Positions 60,429-64,000 of a stretch of DNA of 64,000 bases are shown here, piece after piece. The stretch spans positions 96,001 to 160,000 of the forward strand of contig CAVPKK010000006.1 of assembly GCA_963705705.1 (NCBI GenBank). Reading direction: 5' to 3'. Position 1 is the first letter of the stretch; each line of letters starts with the position of its first letter. The notes under the pieces were generated by a model. That model was not told the DNA's origin. It worked only from the letters and a program-made list of their open reading frames with translations, and searched no databases. Both the position numbers and the translations under genes were made by a program. The DNA comes from an uncultured bacterium. Its GTDB lineage: Bacteria > Babelota > Babeliae > Babelales > JABCYS01.

Positions 60429-61226
60429 TTAAACACAATCAACTTTTCTTCTAAAAAAGACCAACGCACTGATGCAAAAGAGCACGCTTGCAATGGTCAA
60501 CATTAATGCGCAGCGTCCAACCGAGAAAAATTCGGGCAAATCAAGCAAGGCGCTACGTAATCCTTCGGTAATATACAAAATCGGATTAAACAAGGTCAAT
60601 GTGCCCAATTTTGGCGAATAGGCATTCATAACTTTCCATGGCACCAAAAAGCCGCCAAGCATAACCATTGGGTAATTAATACGGCGCCAAAAATGACGGA
60701 TACTTTTGCGCGATTGTGTTGCACAAGTAAGCAACATTTGCATCGATGCTACAAAGAAAGAAGCGAGGAACAGTATTAAGTAGGCCCCTGACCAACTTGC
60801 TCTTGAAAGATCCAAATCGTTATAAAAAATAAGCTTAAGGGTTGGTATAAACAATGCCGAACTTATGAAGTTAAACAGCGTATTAAATAGAATTTTTTGC
60901 ATGATAATACATACCGGCGGCACCAGCGTGAGTTGAAAATCGATCATGCGATCGCGCTCAAAATCAAGCAGGAATTCTGCATTTGTGCTAAATGAGATCA
61001 CAGATAGTGCATATAGAATTGTACCAATTAAAAATACTGGCACGCCTAAACTTGCTTGAGATCCCATACCAATTTTTGGTAATAAGTAGCCAAAACAAAG
61101 GCCATACATAATAGGATATTGAATCGAGAAGGAAATGATAAATACTGGCAACCGGGATGCATAGACCTTCATATCCCGCAGAAAAAAGGCGTACATGATG
61201 GATAATGAACGCATAACTATCTCCAT
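60429..61226 (-). CDS. ABC-2 type transporter permease
   Basis: about six TM, NPILYITEGLR motif, operon with ABC ATPase. Confidence 0.85.
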   Translation of the reverse strand: MEIVMRSLSIMYAFFLRDMKVYASRLPVFIISFSIQYPIMYGLCFGYLLPKIGMGSQASLGVPVFLIGTILYALSVISFSTNAEFLLDFERDRMIDFQLTLVPPVCIIMQKILFNTLFNFISSALFIPTLKLIFYNDLDLSRASWSGAYLILFLASFFVASMQMLLTCATQSRKSIRHFWRRINYPMVMLGGFLVPWKVMNAYSPKLGTLTLFNPILYITEGLRSALLDLPEFFSVGRCALMLTIASVLFCISALVFFRRKVDCV

Positions 61227-62014
61227 ACCGGGTCAAAACGCTTACGAAGCGCGCGAACGAGGAAGAAACTCATGATCACACAATAAATAAATAACTGTAC
61301 GATGCATATACTAGCGGGTAAAAATGTTGGTCCACCCATAAGTGATGCGCGCAGCCCTTCCACCATGGCAGTGGTCGGCAAAAAGCGCATAAAAATGCTT
61401 AGCCAAGGAGCAACAGGGATTACACTTTTATATGGATAATAAAGCGAACCAAGCAATGTCATGGGCAATAATACATATGGCCACGTTCGATATGAAAACC
61501 ACATCAATGGCTTAGCAAGCGCTACCGTAAATAATAATGTGGTAACAAAAATCATACTGAGCAATGAAACGATTGTGAATAAAAACCAGTTGCCTCGGTC
61601 AAATTGAAGCAGCGATCCGTATAAGAAATAAGCCATAATAAAAACAGGCGCGGCTGAGACAATAAGATCAATTACATAGCTCAATACATATTTGATGGCG
61701 AGCATCCATGAAGAGATTGGCAACGTTAATTGATAGCCAATAACATTTGTGCTCTCAAAATCAATGGCATCAAGCATGGCACGATCATAGGTGATATTAA
61801 TCATGAGCAAAACTAGAATGCCGAAAAATGTTGGTGTAATGAGCGCCGTTGACGAGCCCATGAATGGTAATAGCTGGCCGTACATGAGGTAAGTAAAGCT
61901 CACGAGAATGGCGCTATCAACCAGTGTGCTTACCAATGTTGCCTTCATTAATTGCAGATCACGTATCAGTAATTGCCAGCAGGTTTTAGCTTGGGCAAGG
62001 ATATTATTAGTCAT
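61217..62014 (-). CDS. ABC-2 type transporter permease
   Basis: about six TM, PTTAMVEGLR motif. Confidence 0.85.
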   Translation of the reverse strand: MTNNILAQAKTCWQLLIRDLQLMKATLVSTLVDSAILVSFTYLMYGQLLPFMGSSTALITPTFFGILVLLMINITYDRAMLDAIDFESTNVIGYQLTLPISSWMLAIKYVLSYVIDLIVSAAPVFIMAYFLYGSLLQFDRGNWFLFTIVSLLSMIFVTTLLFTVALAKPLMWFSYRTWPYVLLPMTLLGSLYYPYKSVIPVAPWLSIFMRFLPTTAMVEGLRASLMGGPTFLPASICIVQLFIYCVIMSFFLVRALRKRFDPVWR

Positions 62015-62763
62015 TACGACTCCTCAGCCCGAGTCAACTCAATAAATACATCTTCAAAGCGAGATTGCTGATGTTTTTCCATCAATACGGAAATTTGTTC
62101 TGTAAGTAAGATTTTACCGTGATGCATAATGCATGCGCGTTCTGAAAGTGCTTCGGCTTCATCCAAGTAGTGCGTGGTCAGAATGACCGTAATGCCAGCT
62201 TGTTTGAGTTCACGGATAACATCCCACAGATGGCGGCGAATACCAGGATCCAAGCCAACTGTTGGTTCGTCGAGAATTACAATTTCCGGATTGTGCATAA
62301 GTGCACGTGCGATTGATAAACGTTGGCGATAACCACCAGACAAATTATTAACATCAAAGTTTGCATACTTTTGCAAATCAAACTTTTTCAATAACTCATC
62401 AGTCCGCGGCTCGATTTGATCTTCCGGAAGAAGAAAATAACGGCCGGCAAATATAAGATTATCGCGAACAGTTAAATAACTATCTAAGTTTGGCCGTTGC
62501 GGGCAATAGCCTAATGCTTTTCTGTAGGTGCCCAGTTGTTTGTATATTGAAACGCCATTAAAAAGTACGTCTCCGCTCGTTGGCGGATGAACCGTGGCGA
62601 GGATGGATGAAAGCGTTGTTTTTCCGGCGCCGTTTATGCCGAGCAGGGAAAGGATCTCGCCGGCATAAATTTCGAGGTTAATGCCATCTAAAGCTTTAAC
62701 TTCGCCTATCTGCGATTTGTAGATTTTCGTAACGTCTTTTATTTGGAGTATTGTTTTGTTCAT
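62014..62763 (-). CDS. ABC transporter ATP-binding protein (multidrug/NodI-like)
   Basis: GINGAGKTT, LSGGYRQR, ILDEPTVGLD, TTHYLDEA. Confidence 0.93.
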   Translation of the reverse strand: MNKTILQIKDVTKIYKSQIGEVKALDGINLEIYAGEILSLLGINGAGKTTLSSILATVHPPTSGDVLFNGVSIYKQLGTYRKALGYCPQRPNLDSYLTVRDNLIFAGRYFLLPEDQIEPRTDELLKKFDLQKYANFDVNNLSGGYRQRLSIARALMHNPEIVILDEPTVGLDPGIRRHLWDVIRELKQAGITVILTTHYLDEAEALSERACIMHHGKILLTEQISVLMEKHQQSRFEDVFIELTRAEES

Positions 62764-62822
62764 AAGGTTCTTAGTATTTTGATCAAGCAAACTATCTTTG
62801 CAAGCTCAAGTGGTCACAAGAT

Positions 62823-62857
62823 CCGCTCGTCCTGAGCCTGTCGAAGGATACGAGCGG
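62823..62857. repeat. Family A copy
   Basis: CCGCTCGTCCTGAGCCTGTCGAAGGATACGAGCGG. Confidence 0.85.
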
Positions 62858-62932
62858 CAATGTAAACGAATAAGAGCAAAGCAAAGGCGAAACGTAATTA
62901 AAGTCGCCAAAACTGCTATTGAATATCTTTGC

Positions 62933-63038
62933 TAAGGGTCCGTTCGCTTTACCCCATCCTAAAGGACGGGGACCCCAGAATTCCCTAACACCCCTCCCGT
63001 CTCTCTCGAGAGGGAATATCCCTCTCACTCCCATTTTT
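62933..63038. repeat. Repeat family B copy with nested insert at 62948-62982
   Basis: TAAGGGTCCGTTC identical to 23601; ACACCCCTCCC; GAGAGGGA..TCCCTCTC hairpin; CCCATTT. Confidence 0.7.
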
Positions 63039-63171
63039 CTCAGATTATCTAGCAATATCCATTATCTTATGCGATTAAAATTATTCGGGATTGAGTCATG
63101 GAGCGCGAAGATGGCTTCATCGCGCCTATTCTAATTTTGGAACAATAAAGAGTTAAAACTCAAGAGTCAGG

Positions 63172-64000
63172 TTAAATCTGCGGATGTTTTGTATGCCACG
63201 GTGTTATTTGTTCGTATGCATATGCAGTTTGGAACAGCAACTCTTCGCTCAGATGTGGTCCCATAAGTTGGAAGCCAACTGGCAAATTGTCTTTTGTAAA
63301 ACCACATGGTAAGGCAATCGCTGGCGCTCCGGTCAAATTTGCGGGGCATGTGAAATAATCTTGCAGATCCATTTGTAATGGATTTTCAGCAAATTCGCCA
63401 AGTTTAAATGCGGGAGCTGCAGATACAGGCAAAAGCAATACATCAATGTGCTTAAACATGTCCATCAGTTCTCGTTGCATTAAGGCGCGAACCTTACAAG
63501 CATTACCGTAAAACTCAGCAGCATGTCCAGCAGAAAGTACATAATTTCCAATTAAAATACGACGCTGAACTTGATCGCCAAATCCATCGCGGCGTGAATT
63601 GCAGTATAAATCATTCAATGTATTTGCTTGTTTTGAGCGATACCCATAACGCACGCCATCATAGCGCGCCAAATTCGAGGCTGCCTCAGCACGACTGATT
63701 ATGAAATAAACTGCAGCTGAGTAATCAAAACTTGGAATTTTTACATGCTCAATGTGAGCACCAAGTTTTTTGTATTCGGCAATACTATTTTCGATAAGTT
63801 GCAAAACTTCTGGATCCATTCCATCCGCATACAATGCATTATCGACCACACCGATTTTGAGTCCCGGTTTAATCTTGCCTGTCAGCGCGGCTGTATAATC
63901 TTTTTGTTGCACTGGCTGACTCGTTGCATCTTTAGGATCATGGCCAGCGATTGCCGAAAGAACTATGGCATTATCTTTCACCGTTCGTGTATTGATGCCG
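63172..64000 (-). CDS. gatA: Asp/Glu-tRNA amidotransferase subunit A, 5' partial
   Basis: AEAASNLARYDGVRYG, GFGDQVQRRILIGNYVLSAG, PANLTGAP, LPVGFQL. Confidence 0.95.
   Translation of the reverse strand, partial: GINTRTVKDNAIVLSAIAGHDPKDATSQPVQQKDYTAALTGKIKPGLKIGVVDNALYADGMDPEVLQLIENSIAEYKKLGAHIEHVKIPSFDYSAAVYFIISRAEAASNLARYDGVRYGYRSKQANTLNDLYCNSRRDGFGDQVQRRILIGNYVLSAGHAAEFYGNACKVRALMQRELMDMFKHIDVLLLPVSAAPAFKLGEFAENPLQMDLQDYFTCPANLTGAPAIALPCGFTKDNLPVGFQLMGPHLSEELLFQTAYAYEQITPWHTKHPQI

Noticed and set aside
62792..63134. ORFs 62792-63055 (-) and 62919-63134 (+)
   Set aside because: Made up largely of family A, family B and nested repeats; no protein features

Overview
About 64 kb of an AT-rich bacterial chromosome. 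The gene content points to an obligate intracellular protist-associated bacterium, most likely Candidatus Dependentiae (TM6/Babelota); this is inference from content only. Housekeeping genes (pssA, psd, tlyA, HtrA-like protease, glyQS, kup, rplU, mutS, uvrA, maf, rodA, ruvB, yebC, yicC, dnaE, pheS, ABC-2 exporter, partial gatA) and five tRNAs (Arg-CCT, Arg-TCG, His, Pro, Phe) are interleaved with many signal-peptide-bearing, eukaryote-like proteins (ankyrin, LRR, MYND finger, F-box-like, SEL1-like, beta-helix, MutS-related). Two non-coding systems stand out. (1) A ~260-300 bp cassette of fixed motifs at exactly conserved spacing, ending in a sigma70-like promoter, lies in front of three putative host-directed effector genes; its 3' part also precedes a tandem effector triplet. 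This suggests an effector regulon or a recombination-type nucleoprotein site. (2) At least three families of small palindromic repeats are present. They show compensatory stem changes, host a nested mini-element at a fixed site, and are inserted in frame into dnaE (twice) and possibly uvrA and mutS, like Rickettsia palindromic elements. No transposase, CRISPR array or rRNA was seen.
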